DNA of 63,724 nucleotides, filler included, from Klebsormidium nitens (taxonomy: Eukaryota > Plantae > Klebsormidiophyceae), in NCBI GenBank assembly GCA_000708835.1. It is 8 parts of 8 records of this genome, joined end to end, with 100 filler letters (N's around TTAATTAATTAA, not from the genome) between each part and the next. Parts side by side here need not be neighbours in the genome. Positions count along the whole stretch, not along the records: positions 34,252 to 40,588 come from DF238364.1; positions 40,689 to 56,946 come from DF238010.1; 6 more parts are not named here. The stretch is one strand, 5' to 3'. Below the pieces are notes generated by a model. That model had not been told where the DNA came from, made no database searches, and saw only the letters and a program-made list of their open reading frames with translations. The position numbers were made by a program, and so were the translations under genes. Below, piece by piece: positions 37,201 through 49,800 of this stretch (positions are counted from its first letter, which is position 1; each line of letters starts with the position of its first letter).

Positions 37201-39061
37201 GCAGCACGCCGCCTCTCGTCCTGGTGCGATCGTACACACCCGCCGGTACGTCATCACCGGATAGCGCGCCCCAGCCGTATAGAGCGATCCACTCCTGCTC
37301 TCCAGTTGCCATGGCCGCCCGCAACCTGGTCAGAGCGGTTCAACGGGCCTCGGCGCACAGAAGTACTTTGCCCCATCCCGCTTCCGGATCCCCTCATCAC
37401 CCCATCGTTCGCAGAGGCTCGTGACCTGCTGCCCACCCCTGCTCATGACTGTGTCGATCTTCTTGTGGCTGTGCCCCATGTCCAAGGCTGCTGCAGGGAG
37501 GCACTCCCACTCCTCGAGCGTGCCTCCATGCACGCACGCAACCTTTAAGTCGGGCCTTCGACACATGGGGTCGTTGCAGACCCAGAGCTTCCATTGTCCA
37601 GACGCTCGAAGCGCTGACCTCTCCGCACGCTTGTCCGAGTTTGTTGCTCCCCTCTTGGTAGCCTTGTGAGCAGGCCCGCTCTGAACCCCATCTCCTCCCC
37701 CCGTTGCTGTAAGCACCCTTTTTACGTGCGGACACCGCTCCCGTTCTGAGCATCTGCTGCAGAAGGCGCTCATTCCAGCGAGCACGCAGACCGCCGGAGA
37801 GTCATCGGCTCCCTCTGAGGTCACAAAGACGCGCAGCTGCGGCCCCAGCCAGGCCTCCGCATTGAGGCCAGTCAGAGGCACTCCAAGCTGACCTCCCGAT
37901 CGAGTGGGAGCACTCGTCCGAGTCCGGTACCCGTCACCTCCCGTGCGAACCTCTTTCCGCCGTTGAACGAGCCGAAGAGGGGCTCGACCTCCTTCGAAAC
38001 CGACTGCCACCATCCGTCGAGAAAAGCGATTTGTCTGAGAAAACGGATGTCGTGCTCTCTGCACGCCCTCTGGCCGCACATGCAGGCGTAGTCACCAAGT
38101 GGTCCACCTGGACAAGCCTGGGGACGTTGACGGGCCTTCCGTCCCTCAACGAGATGTCGATTCAAGCCGGTAGTTGACGTCCAGTTGCGGCACGAGGAAA
38201 AGGCCGGGTGCGATGATCGTTGGAGGAACCGCGCTTCTTTTTAACTCCCCAAAGATCAAGGCTGAGCCGAGTTCCTTTGGAGTCGGGCCCGATTCGAGCG
38301 CCTTCTTTTTGGGGCGGTCCCGGTTTGTCGTTCGACTCTCTTTGCAGTACGGGCATGCGACCAGGTCCCGCCTCTGGACGAAGAACGGGTGCCCCCCCTC
38401 CGCTGCAGGCTGCCCCAGATGTGCGAGTCTTAGCTCTTCCGCGGCAGGGAAGGCCTCGTACTTCCTGAAGAGGTCCCCCCGGTCAATGACGGCCCCCGCG
38501 TGGAGGTCGAAACGAAAGGGCAGCCTCCCGCGTACATGGCGTCCAAGCAGCGGAGGCACAACAGGTGACCTCCCCCGCCGGGGCAGATGATCGCGTCGCC
38601 TCGGTTCCTCTTTCGATCCCAGACAAAAGGGTCCAGACCGCGGGAGTAGATGGGGACCTTCCCCTTGCAGCTGCCTCCTATGCACGTGGACCCAAAGCCC
38701 CGTTTGGTGAAGGCCTCCGATTGCCGTAGGCAGAATGCGTACCCATAGTCAAAGAAGAAGTCGACATTTGATCTTGCTGTGCCGCATACGACGGCTGACC
38801 CGGGCCCCGAACCCCTCCAGCGTTCGGCAACGGCGAGACAGCTACGGGAACGCTTCTCAGGTCCGAGAAGAGGACGTTAAGGCCGGGTAGGGGAGCGCAG
38901 GGCTCCGTCGGAACCTCCAATCGTGACAGCAGCAAGCGCCCGGACCTGATCGCCCGCGGCCAAAGTGCTGTGCAGGCGGGCGTTTGGCGCTGGTGCGGTC
39001 GAGGTGAGCAGCAGAGGTCGAGACACGCCGTTGACGAGCGCCATCCTGCACACGCGGGCAA
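34271..39061 (-). pseudogene. Near full-length KDZ/Zisupton-like transposase gene (SWIM-like fingers, CxC domain, KDZ core) with one 670-nt intron (36510-37179), several frameshifts and an in-frame TGA at 37330
   Basis: YACMCGQRACREH and FCSRCSERERCPH (SWIM-like). Splicing CAG|GTAAG (37180) to TTGCAG|GAG (36509) gives ...CGRPWQLESRSGSLYT...YRRVC...CCSVAYDGQ|EDAIFNFSG..., a CxC-type YDG-x2-(D/G)-x-IFN motif. C-terminal VEDAAC, LFDRFH, ASGGIN. The 5' part aligns frame by frame with 60439-61629. Confidence 0.75.
36729..37172 (+). CDS. XPA/Rad14-like C4 zinc finger + XPA C-terminal-like domain, nested antisense in the KDZ transposase intron
   Basis: CSKCGRLTDLVWP...VVCDYC, LTTLDARKLYHV, RYYLKSDVHKLAIRTYGGPE resemble the XPA DNA-binding domain pattern. 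The uninterrupted ORF lies wholly within intron 36510-37179. Confidence 0.65.
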   Translation: MHEFSVPFNRTLGPKPLMEIRPWQACSKCGRLTDLVWPLPPHEELVVCDYCIHTGYESLLGCLTTLDARKLYHVQNLSNLQWVPHPEKRLKTRYYLKSDVHKLAIRTYGGPECFKAFQGAKAKGKKQRRAQSAINTEQSVIGPGGEN

Positions 39062-39172
39062 TTGAGCTACGAATTGAGCTTATTGCATCTCTCTAAGTAT
39101 GTCGAGGGTCCTCGAGCTTGGTGGGCCGGCCACCCAGGTGAGTTTCTGAGAGATTTTGTATTTGATGACGCG

Positions 39173-39818
39173 TGTACCAAGTTTTGAGAATCTCAGGCTC
39201 CTTTAGGAAAGAACACGCCTGACCTTGGTACTCCTCTGAAATTGAAACTGACGATTGGCCCGACCATACCACTAGAAACTGAACCTTGAACCGACCATAC
39301 CACTGATTATCTGAGTTGAATATTGCAATTGATGGCACGTGTACCAAGATTTGAGAATCTCTACTTTAAGAAAGAATACGATGTACCTTTGGTACATCTG
39401 AGAACCTGAAGCCCAACCATACCCCTGGTTATGTCAGTATGCACAGACATTTATTGTGATTGATGGCGGGTGTACCAAGATTTGCGACGTTTTACTTTAA
39501 GAAAGAACAAGCCTGACCTTGATACTCCTCTGAAATTGAAACTGACGATTGGCCCGACCATACCACTAGAAACTGAATCTTGAACCGACCATACCACTGA
39601 TTATCTGAGGAATATTGCAATTGATGGCACGTGTACCAAGATTTGAGAATCTCTACTTTAAGAAAGAATACGCATACCTTTGGTAAATCTGAGAATCTGA
39701 AGCCCAACCATACCCCTGGTTATGTCAGTATGCACAAAAATTTATTGTGATTGATGGCGGGTGTACCAAGATTTGGGACGTTTTACTTAAAGAAAGAACA
39801 AGCCTAACTTCTTGGTAC
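39173..39818. repeat. Array of five ~55-bp imperfect palindromes TGTACCAAG...(C/T)TTGGTAC in a higher-order ~291-bp tandem repeat; an outlier unit at 40437-40490
   Basis: Units start at 39173, 39340, 39471, 39632 and 39762 (spacing 167, 131, 161, 130). Located 5' of the minus-strand KDZ gene. Confidence 0.85.
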
Positions 39819-40999
39819 GACACCTTATCCTGGTCAAATTGCCTTTTCTAGTGTAGTTGAAACAGTCGTGCAAGTTGTCTGCCCACCATGCCGTTGAATT
39901 CTCGAGTCTGACAGTATCTTGTAGCTGGTGGCACCTGGCATGCCACTGGCTTTCCGCCACAGCTTGTAAGATTAGCACTGTCACTGCCATACTCACGTTG
40001 AGAGGGCGGTCACTGCTAAGGCCAGCGGTCCAGCCCAGCAGCATTGAGCCTCCCCTTTCATTCTGGGTACATGTTGAATGAATCTGCAGACACGGGAATC
40101 AGAGTGAGTTTACAACCATAGCTTGTTTCTGATGTTGCTACCTAGAATCCACCATACATACGAATCTCGGAGACATGCAGCTTTCATATGAGTCTGCAGG
40201 CCATCATTCCGGTGAGTTCCCCAGCTGCATAGTAGTTCGTACAGTACTGTATCAAGAATTACTATTATTGAAGAGAAACAGACGAACTCGTGGTACTGAC
40301 ACTAGATTCAACGCAAACTCACTTTCAGTGCTCCATCTTGTGCCGGTGGTTGCAAGCGCCACTGAAGCGTGGTCTCTCTTCATGTTTAGATTTGCACATG
40401 CAACATAATTGCTTCAGAAGATGTAGTTGATATCGGTGTACCAAGAAGTAGGTACTACTACTCTAAAGAGGATTAGGCAGTTGTTGGTACTTCAGTGACA
40501 TGTTTTCGGACGGCCATCTCACTGGTTTTCTTACCAGGGCCCTTGTAGGTGATGGGCTGTATGTGACGATTCGAGTCTATGAATCTTCNNNNNNNNNNNN
40601 NNNNNNNNNNNNNNNNNNNNNNNNNNNNNNNNTTAATTAATTAANNNNNNNNNNNNNNNNNNNNNNNNNNNNNNNNNNNNNNNNNNNNTTACAAGTTACA
40701 ATCTTGTCGCATCCATTTCAGTGATCCACATTCAAGCCCAAGGCGGGCGGATCAGTGGTAGCGCCTGCATGCTCGTTGCTCGTTGCTCATGAATGCACGA
40801 ACACGAAGAGCTTCTAGGGGCAGAGAACTCTCGTTGCCTGAAGGGCAGAATTGAGCTTCTAGCATTCTGCTTTGCGGACTGTCCCGCTATTGCAGCTCAA
40901 ATCTTGCGCACGTTGTAGTGGCACTGACGGAGCGGCATTGATTGAAGCAGAGAGTCAAGCAGATTGATTCTGTCGCTACCACCACCGCATATTCAAAAG

Positions 41000-43900
41000 A
41001 TGGCTACCTCAGCACTGAAATTGCAGATTACGGCCGGGGCATGCCAGTGGGTCAATACATGGCAGACACGGTCCGGGGATCAGTATCTGAAGTCAACGCG
41101 TCCCAGAACGATTTTGAATGAAAAGGTAAGGAATCTCGGATCTCCTCGATTGGCAGCAGGACCTCGATTATCCTCAGAAAGATGTCACATAATCACGTCA
41201 TTGTGTGCAAAATTGCTGAACGTGTCTTTGGCTTTACAGAAGTTCCTTGGAAGTGGTGGCAAACTGTCGGAGAATGTTGCCAGGGAGAAGGTTTATCAAC
41301 AACAGAAGAGAAGCCTGGTTCGCTCCAGACAAAGCCCAAGCGGGGCTGGCCAAATGCTGGTGAGAAGCCCCATACTTGAAGTCATTAGAGAGGTGATGCA
41401 ATTATCATAGCTGGGCAATGACACACCATCAAATGGAAGTGGTTACTTGATAGTTAGCCACTCCTTTCAGGATTCCCTTCCTAATTACAGACCACGCGCA
41501 TATTGCACAAATACATGCAAGTTCCATTATCTTTTGCAAAGAGCTTGCAGATGCAACATTCATGAGGACTGTCAGTGAAAATCAATCCTGACTGCTTGGC
41601 AGGTGTACGTCCCCCCACACCCGCTCATCAAACACTGGATGGCGGTCCTTCGGAACAAGGACACCCCGCAGCCAATCTTTCGTAAGTCCATTGACATCGT
41701 CGCTTGCAAGTGTTATCTACTGTTAGAAATATGGATTTCATGTTGATGATGTTAATTCTTGTGCATGCAGCCTGGCACACACAATCATCGCCCACTTGAA
41801 GTGTGCGTCTGCACTCGCGAGTATATCTGGACATTGGATGGTCCTAACTACCGGGTTGAATCTATCGGACGGCTCAAAATTGGCCTCTTCGAGCCTCCCT
41901 CCAGTGCTCCTCAGGACTCAGTCTCATTAGTGTGCTTGTAAAATCTGACGCCCACTTTAAGATTGGAAATGCTTGTTTGCAGGTAGCGCGCTCGCAGAAC
42001 TGGGCCGGTGCCTGATCTACGAAGCGCTCCGGGACTGGCTGGTAAGCCATTCCAGAAACAGGGTCTTAACGACAAGTCCCATCATGGATGTCTTTCCTTG
42101 AAATATTCAAAAGTCCAAGCCAGTCCACTTTGTTGCTGAAGTGCTTCCATCCATTGTCCCATGTTGATGCACCCAACATTGTGTTCTGCAGCCTATGATC
42201 GAAACACAGGTTGAGACGCCCTGCGGAGTCGCAGACGTGGCCTTCATCGACCCCACGGAGCCTGTGAAAGTTGTTCCCATTTTGAGGGCTGGCCTGGTGC
42301 TGATAGAGAACTCCACCACCCTTCTTCCTGCCATGCAAACATACCACCTAGGTAAGCTTCCTTATGGTTGTATGTTTAGCTGCCTCGTTCCCTTGCAGAT
42401 CTGTTCCGGTCAAAGCGAAATCATCTGTAGTCTACCTGTCCATGAGTGCACTGTGACATCAATTCACTGACGGATCAGCGCCGTGTCAAAATTCATTCAT
42501 TGGGTTTGCTAATTGCTTCGTGGTTGCCTACAGGATATGCTCGCGATGAACGGACGTTAAAACCTCGCCTCTATCTCAACAAGTGAGGCTCCATCCGTGA
42601 GACTCCTCTAGATCCTCCATTCGACCATTCATCTTTCTTGTAGGACAAGTCGAGTGTCCATCAGAGGAAAGCACTGTCGACCTCTATTAGTAGATTAGTT
42701 GGTAGAAGAGGTGGCATACTAGACTGGGAGTGTCCTTAGGAAAGTTTGCAAAGTTAGACAATCTCTGAGGTTTGAAAAGCGCTTTTTGCGTTATGCAGGC
42801 TTCCGCCAAGCTTTCCGCAAGACTCCCGGATTCTTCTAGCGGACCCAATGCTTGCGACAGGTAAGACGGCCCTCTCACCTCTGAAATGGGCGGCGCCAGC
42901 CCCCCTAAGGCAGTAACTTTCGAAGGGGAGAGTCAACATCGTCTAGAGAGTATGATTGTCCGAATGGTGGCTGTGGACTCTAGTATCCGTAAACAATGAG
43001 TCTTCATATCCTGCTTTTGTTGGAAAGCATGCGCAATCGAACGAAGGGGGTCCGGACTCCCTCTGTTAACCAAAAGCAGAGGTCGGAAAAGCACGTATGT
43101 GTCGCGGAGGTCCGACAATTGAAAGATTGCACGAAGCCATCAGCTTGTACTTGTGACGTGGATGTTTCCAGAAGAGTTCGTTGTCCTAGGTCAGGATAAA
43201 ATACATGTTTGTCTGTAGCTCAGCTGCTTTTCAATGCCTCCACAATTGATCACTGTACGTCCTTTTCACAATCAGTCGAAGGTGCCGTCGATAACCGACA
43301 ACCGAATGCGAATCGTACTCTTCTTTTTGCTCCTTCCTCCAGGTGGAACGATTGTAGCTGCGATCGAAGAGCTAAGAAGTAGAGGAGCGGACGTCCGACT
43401 CATGAGAGTGGTAAGCGGGGTCTCCTTTGATTGCTCGGATCTGTCGGACCCTAGAATAAGCTCGTTCGCTTATGTGTAGATGAAGAAAACGCATCTTGTT
43501 GTTCTGGTCTTGACATCTGAATGAGTCTTTTCTTTGCGTCAAAGCTAGACAAGCTCATGCTTTCGCTCATGGATTCGCAGGTTTCGGCTGTCTGCGCTCC
43601 CCCCGCCTTGAAGCTTTTGAGCGAAAGGTACCCAGGGTAAGGGAATTCTACCATGGTCGCAGAGCCTTCAGCTTTTGAGGTTTAAAAATCACTGCCTTGT
43701 AACCCTGTTCTGTTTATTCTTCCATTTCGCTGCTGCCTACAATCACCAAATATATCGAGAAGATGGTCATTCACGTTCGATACTGTGCTAAGGTCCCAAA
43801 GACGCGTCATCCACTTTTCTGCAGTTTGAAGGTGTACACTGGCATCATCGATCCAGATCTGAACGACTATGGGTAAGTTTGATTCAGAAAGTGCCAACCC

Positions 43901-44291
43901 GAAACTGAAAGTCTTTGGGTCACGTGTCGACTGAATGGCTGAGCGCTCATCTCCGGTCCTCCGGACCAATGACATCGCTTCGATGGATCACGTGGTAGGA
44001 AAAGTACAGACCTGGTACATATTTCTGCTAGAGAGGCAGTGTACAGAGCTGTATGCGGACCGGAGATGCGAAGCTGGTGGGCCTAGCAGTTTTCGGTCGA
44101 TGCGAAACCTTAGCTTTTTCTGTCCTTCTGCTCGAGAACAGTGCAAGTTTGAGGTTTGAGTGCAGGATGATGCTGGGTTTTGGTCATAGTTTAGCGCAAA
44201 CTCCTGTGGCCTGAAAGTCCATTTATTGCTTCCATGCAGGTTCATTGTCCCAGGCCTCGGCGATGCTGGTGACAGGAGTTTTGGAACCTAA
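41000..44291 (+). CDS. UPP: Uracil phosphoribosyltransferase, plastid-type, multi-exon
   Basis: Spliced exons give QML|VYVPPHPLIKHWMAVLRNKDTP...ELGRCLIYEALRDWL...VVPILRAGL...GYARDERTL...LADPMLATG|GTIVAAI...VYTGIIDP...FIVPGLGDAGDRSFGT*, i.e. canonical UPRT/PRPP-binding motifs. The N-terminal extension is transit-peptide-like. Confidence 0.93.
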
Positions 44292-46273
44292 CGAGATGTA
44301 CCTTCTGTTTTGCTGGAGCTTTCTCAGCATCTGCAAGGTGCCCAACTCAGAATTCTTGAGGGACTCGGAGGTGCTCATTGCGGAACTCTTGTCGGGGGCT
44401 TCTCCCAGCAGTCATAAGATGGCTCGCTCCTGCGGACAGAGTTCCTCTTTGTCTGCAAGTAAGGCAACTTGCCATCACGATACGCCTTGTTCCAGTGGCT
44501 GCATAAGAAGATTGAAATGCTTTGATGCTGCTCTGCAATGGCTCATGTTACAATGTCTCTGACGAACTTACTCTTGAATCCTAGAGTAGCCTCGATGCGA
44601 TGCATGGTAGTGCAAACGATTCAAACAAGGTGCCTACCCGCATGCTAGAGCCAGTTTCTCTAAGTGTGAAGGACACATCCATCCTGGCTGCAGCTAAGCA
44701 TGTGATTGATCGATTGTTGGATGGATCGTGTATCCAAGGCATGTAGATTGAAATGAATGTATGTGCATGAGCCTGCACGATCAACGCGCCGCGGCCGCCC
44801 GCGCGCATCCGCGCGTGAACATGCAAATGCCACTGGAATTCGGCACATGAAAAGTATATACGCCATAGCGTTGTTGAAGAGGCGTGCAAGCCCGCCCCCA
44901 ACTTTTTAGAGAAATCCAAGTTTCCCACCTGTCAGAGAAAGATTGCTTTGCAGGATGAGGTACAATTAGCTGTCGATGCTCCCAAACAGGGGTGCGGACA
45001 GAATTTTGCCCCGGGGCGCTTNNNNNNNNNNNNNNNNNNNNNNNNNNNNNNNNNNNNNNNNNNNNNNNNNNNNNNNNNNNNNNNNNNNNNNNNNNNNNNN
45101 NNNNNNNNNNNNNNNNNNNNNNNNNNNNNNNNNNNNNNNNNNNNNNNNNNNNNNNNNNNNNNNNNNNNNNNNNNNNNNNNNNNNNNNNNNNNNNNNNNNN
45201 NNNNNNNNNNNNNNNNNNNNNNNNNNNNNNNNNNNNNNNNNNNNNNNNNNNNNNNNNNNNNNNNNNNNNNNNNNNNNNNNNNNNNNNNNNNNNNNNNNNN
45301 NNNNNNNNNNNNNNNNNNNNNNNNNNNNNNNNNNNNNNNNNNNNNNNNNNNNNNNNNNNNNNNNNNNNNNNNNNNNNNNNNNNNNNNNNNNNNNNNNNNN
45401 NNNNNNNNNNNNNNNNNNNNNNNNNNNNNNNNNNNNNNNNNNNNNNNNNNNNNNNNNNNNNNNNNNNNNNNNNNNNNNNNNNNNNNNNNNNNNNNNNNNN
45501 NNNNNNNNNNNNNNNNNNNNNNNNNNNNNNNNNNNNNNNNNNNNNNNNNNNNNNNNNNNNNNNNNNNNNNNNNNNNNNNNNNNNNNNNNNNNNNNNNNNN
45601 NNNNNNNNNNNNNNNNNNNNNNNNNNNNNNNNTGACCGGACCGCGCACTGCACTGCCAGGTTGCACGGTGATCCGACGTTGGCGGCCGCGCCAGTGTGAC
45701 TGAGCTGAGCCGGCCCGGACTATTCTGCATGGTACTCATAGGCGCGAAATTCGAAGGCGCAAGCTGCTTATACAAGTTACGAGGCATTCGAATTTCGAAG
45801 AGGTGTGCCGCGCTTATGAACTGAATGATCCGGCAAGCCGACGTTCAGTTCTTCTTTTTAGGTCACGCCCATGTCGGATGTGCCCATGACCCATGAATAG
45901 ATGGGACGAATCCGTTTGGCCCGTAGTACGCACCGCCACGTGCAATTCATTGGCAAGCCCAGTGCCTAAATTAGTATTCCTATGGCACACTTCCATCATT
46001 TGTCAATTGAATGTTGCATGCAATATATTGACGCGGATGGAAGTCATGCTAAAAATGATTGTTTAGCCAGCTTCTTAGCTTGTCAAAATTGATCTTCGAT
46101 TTCATGGTCTGATTCCTCGGCATCGCTTTCTTCTATCACGACTGTACTCGCTTTAAATAAAGGCCTCCTATTTGTTTTAACCCCTTTCTTCCACCGCCTG
46201 ATTGAATCCTTGTATACCATACTTGATGGACTAGGGCCATACAGCCTTATACGCATAAGCACATCTAGTGAAC

Positions 46274-49200
46274 CTATCGTGGCCTACTCCTATTTCTTGT
46301 TTTGATATCATTCTGACACGAAAATCCTCGCTCACACGCTGCTGTGTTCAAGGGCTGAACTATTGCAATCTGTAATAACAATAATAGGTTAGGATAGGAG
46401 TCCTTATATGGCTCCTCGGTGGACAAGATCTTCAGCACCCCCGCCATCGGCGGAGTGGGCTCCCTTCCCTTGAGAGTTAGAAGCACATGCTTCAGCTCCT
46501 TCCACTCTGTACGGGCCTCATCCGAATCTACAAGCGGTGGGAAGATTACGTCATCCCTGCCTACCTTCTGCTCGCCAAAATGCTCTAGAAGCTTATTCAA
46601 CTCTGTAACCCCAAACTTCTGAGCGAAGTCGCGAAGCTCGTCCTCCGCTTTAGGATCCGGAAAGGCAGCCGGGCTGAAGATGTGGAATGCGTTGAACAAC
46701 TCCCGGGCTGGGAAGCGGTCTCGCAACTCCTTCACTGCAAAGCGAAGAGGAGCCAAGAATCACCAAGTGCAAACGAGCCTTGGTGATGGGACAAATGAAA
46801 GTGATTCCAATCTGAAAACTGATTCAATAGATTAGTCTGTTTGTCAAAGACTGGTACCACGGTCACTCACAACCAGTCAAGCACGCCTACAAAGTGCACA
46901 TGTCATAGAGCAAGGAATCTGCCTGGATGCTTGATCACGTGATCCAACTCACCTACAGCACGAGCGTACTCTTCCATGTAGTCAAAACTGCCTTGCAGGT
47001 CCACGTTGAGAAGCTCCCGACCCTCAAACAGCACCGGCTCCCCAACCGTCGCCGGCTCGTGCACCGCCTCCAGAAAACCCCGCAACACCCCCCCAGGCGG
47101 CCCATGCTCCCAGGCTGACCTTTCCAAGTCCCGGTCGATAAACGCTTCCGTGAACGACTTGATCGTCCGCTCCACGTACGCATCGACAGCTGGCAGGTTC
47201 AGCTTATCAGCCTGAAACTGCTTGCTTAACTTGGCCAACTCTCCGAGCGCGTCCGCGAGGAAATGCAGACTGAAGACGAACTTGAAGTCACGAAGCTGAA
47301 GATCAAGGCGTGCGTCGTCAGCAGCGTCAGCTGGAGTTACAGGATCGGCGAGTGCCGCGGCAGCAGCTGCAGCCGCGATACCCCTAACAGCTGCAGGGAC
47401 ATGCTGCTCGATGTCCAGCAGCACTTCGGGCCAGACCTTAAGGACCCGTTCAAGCGACTGGTGACGAGAAAGCCAGCGCACTTTGTGGATGCGCTGGACA
47501 CGAAGAAGCTTTGACCCCGCTTCTTCTTGGACCTTCCGCAGCTGGGAACTAGCCTTGGCTGACTTGGAGTAGCGCGTGGCCAGCTTGGTGACGACGTCAT
47601 CCACAGCTTTGCTGTAGGGGGTGGCTGTGGCAGCACCTGCCGAGGCGAGGGCAGCCCGGTGTGCAACGCAGTGGGTTGAAAGTAGGTGGCCGTTCAGCTT
47701 CCGAGTGAGCATCGCTGCCACACCATTGACCCTCCCTGCAAATTATATGAGAATTCTGATGAGCGTCGACATACCATCTCAGTCCAGATCTGATGGCCAA
47801 AAGCAAATGGCATTGACCGACAACTTACATGACAACCTACAGAAACAATTAGATCTGCTGCAAGCATTCTTAGAGCCTGCTTTTGCAAGGACTTCGAGTT
47901 GTTGCAACATTGCAAGACGAGTGCGGCAAACTGGCTCGCTTTCACTCCCTATATCATAGACCCTCAAAAGTGCTCAGATCCACAGGATTGAACCACCCCA
48001 GATGTTTTCGTCTAACATCCACCTACCGGTCATGACGGAAGCACCATCAGAGCCGAAGCCAACGAGCTTGGCGAGGTCGACTCCCAGAAGCTTGAGAAGC
48101 CCCTCAAGGGCGCCGGTCAAGCCTGCAGCCGTGGTATCGGTTACCTGAAACCCACAGAAGAAAGCAGGTGTGAGATCAGCCTTAGTGAAGCCTGTGGTCA
48201 ATCACCGAGCAAATCAAGTGTTTGCAGCAGATACTGTTTAAGAGCTACGCCACAAAGCAGACAACTTGCGCTGAACACACTGGGAATGGTTGTTACATTG
48301 TACCTGAAGCAGCGAGATGAAGTCCACTTGAAGCTCGTTGTTCTTGAGGTACAGAGCATAGACGATCATGTGCTCGTTCACTGCAATATCAGTGGTCTCG
48401 TCAATCATGACGCTGAAGACAGGACTCGCGTTGAGGTCCTTCTTCAACTTCTCAAACAAAGACTCTGACATCTTTGCCTGAAATTCATGACAAGCGTCCC
48501 GGTTGCGGTAACTGGCAGTGATCATCTGCACATCCTGTGAACAAACATGGATGTAAGGAAAAAAAGTGATGGCCTGACAAAAAGAGCCAAGCAACGATTC
48601 AGAAGACAATGGCACAATCTAAGCTGCAGTAACGTGCTCGAATTGGCTGCACTCGAGCACAGATACCCACAAGCAGAAGTACCTGCAAAGCATTGAAACT
48701 CTGTTGGATGCACTGATCATTATCGTCCCAGATTTGAGATCTTTACCTGCTCCTCCAGATTCTTGATGAAGCTCTCGTACTTCGTGGCTGCTATGTTCTT
48801 CTTTGCCATGTAGTAGGCATTCTTGAACATACCCCGGATCTGCTGTTGCTTCTCCTTCAGAGCTTTATCACTGGCCTTTGCCATGGCACCAGCATCGACG
48901 CCGATCCCTTTTGCCAGCAGCACAGCAGCAACATGGGACGCTGAAGCGACGTGCTTCGCAACTGCCTTCTTCTCAATCTTCTTAGCACCTACTGTGAAGG
49001 CATTGGTCTTCTTGTTGTCAATGCAGATCTGGCAGAACATCTTGCCATCATTGAAAAACAACCCAGGGCACTTGCACTCGTGCGCCCACCGCTCCTTGAA
49101 CTTCCTGACAATGCGCGGCTTGGAAGGCTGCGGGGCCTTCTGATCTGCTGCTGATTGAGCTGCAGGAGCTGCATTGACTGCTGGAGAAGCTGTTGCCGCA

Positions 49201-49379
49201 CGTTGACCTGCTGCTACTTGGCGATTACCTCCTGCAAGCTGGGTTGCACGTCCTGAAGAGCCTGCATTCACATTTGCTGCAGTGGCAGTATCGGAAGCAG
49301 GTTTCTTTACGGTCAAAAATCCAGCAATGCCCATCTGATCAGAGCCCCTCTTTCTTGGCAATACCTTCTGGGTCACCAT
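46274..49379 (-). CDS. hAT transposase (ZNF862/DUF4371-like), about 5 exons
   Basis: MFCQIC...KHVASASH (zinc finger), FSVMIDETTDI (D1), GFGSDGASVMTG (D2), THCVAHR (CxxH), YPNL...PLNTAACERGFS (catalytic E, hAT dimerisation domain). GT-AG introns near 48747/48534, 48304 and ~48010. Confidence 0.88.
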
Positions 49380-49549
49380 GGCTCCTGCCTTCCCAGTGCC
49401 CACAGCCTCCTTTCAAGTTGAATTGATCATGTCAATGCAGGACCTGATCAAATGCAATGCGGGACCTGATCAAAAGTTGTCGAAGTTCGCAGCGCCAGAT
49501 CTGAGCCAGATCCAGCAACGAGTCTGGGCCGGGCTGCCCATCAAACTTG

Positions 49550-49800
49550 AGCCTCGGGCGCGGCCTCGGCCCTTCGGGCCTCGTGGCCCGGGAGCCGGGC
49601 CGGCGGTCGGCCAGACAGGGCCTCGGCCCTCGGCCCTCGGCCCTTCGGGCCTCGGTGGCCGGACAGGGCCTCGCGGCCCGGCGCCGACCAGACAGGGCCT
49701 CGGCCCTTCGGGCCTCGGCGGCCGGACAGGGCCTCGGCCCTCCGGGCCTCGGAAGCATGGACCAGGGCCCTGCCCCTTCGGGGCAGGGCCCTTTTTGCCC
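49550..49800. repeat. Subterminal GGGCCTCGGCCC(T) repeats of the hAT element
   Basis: About ten GC-rich copies of gggcctcgg(ccc) between the transposase ATG and the right TIR. Confidence 0.75.
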
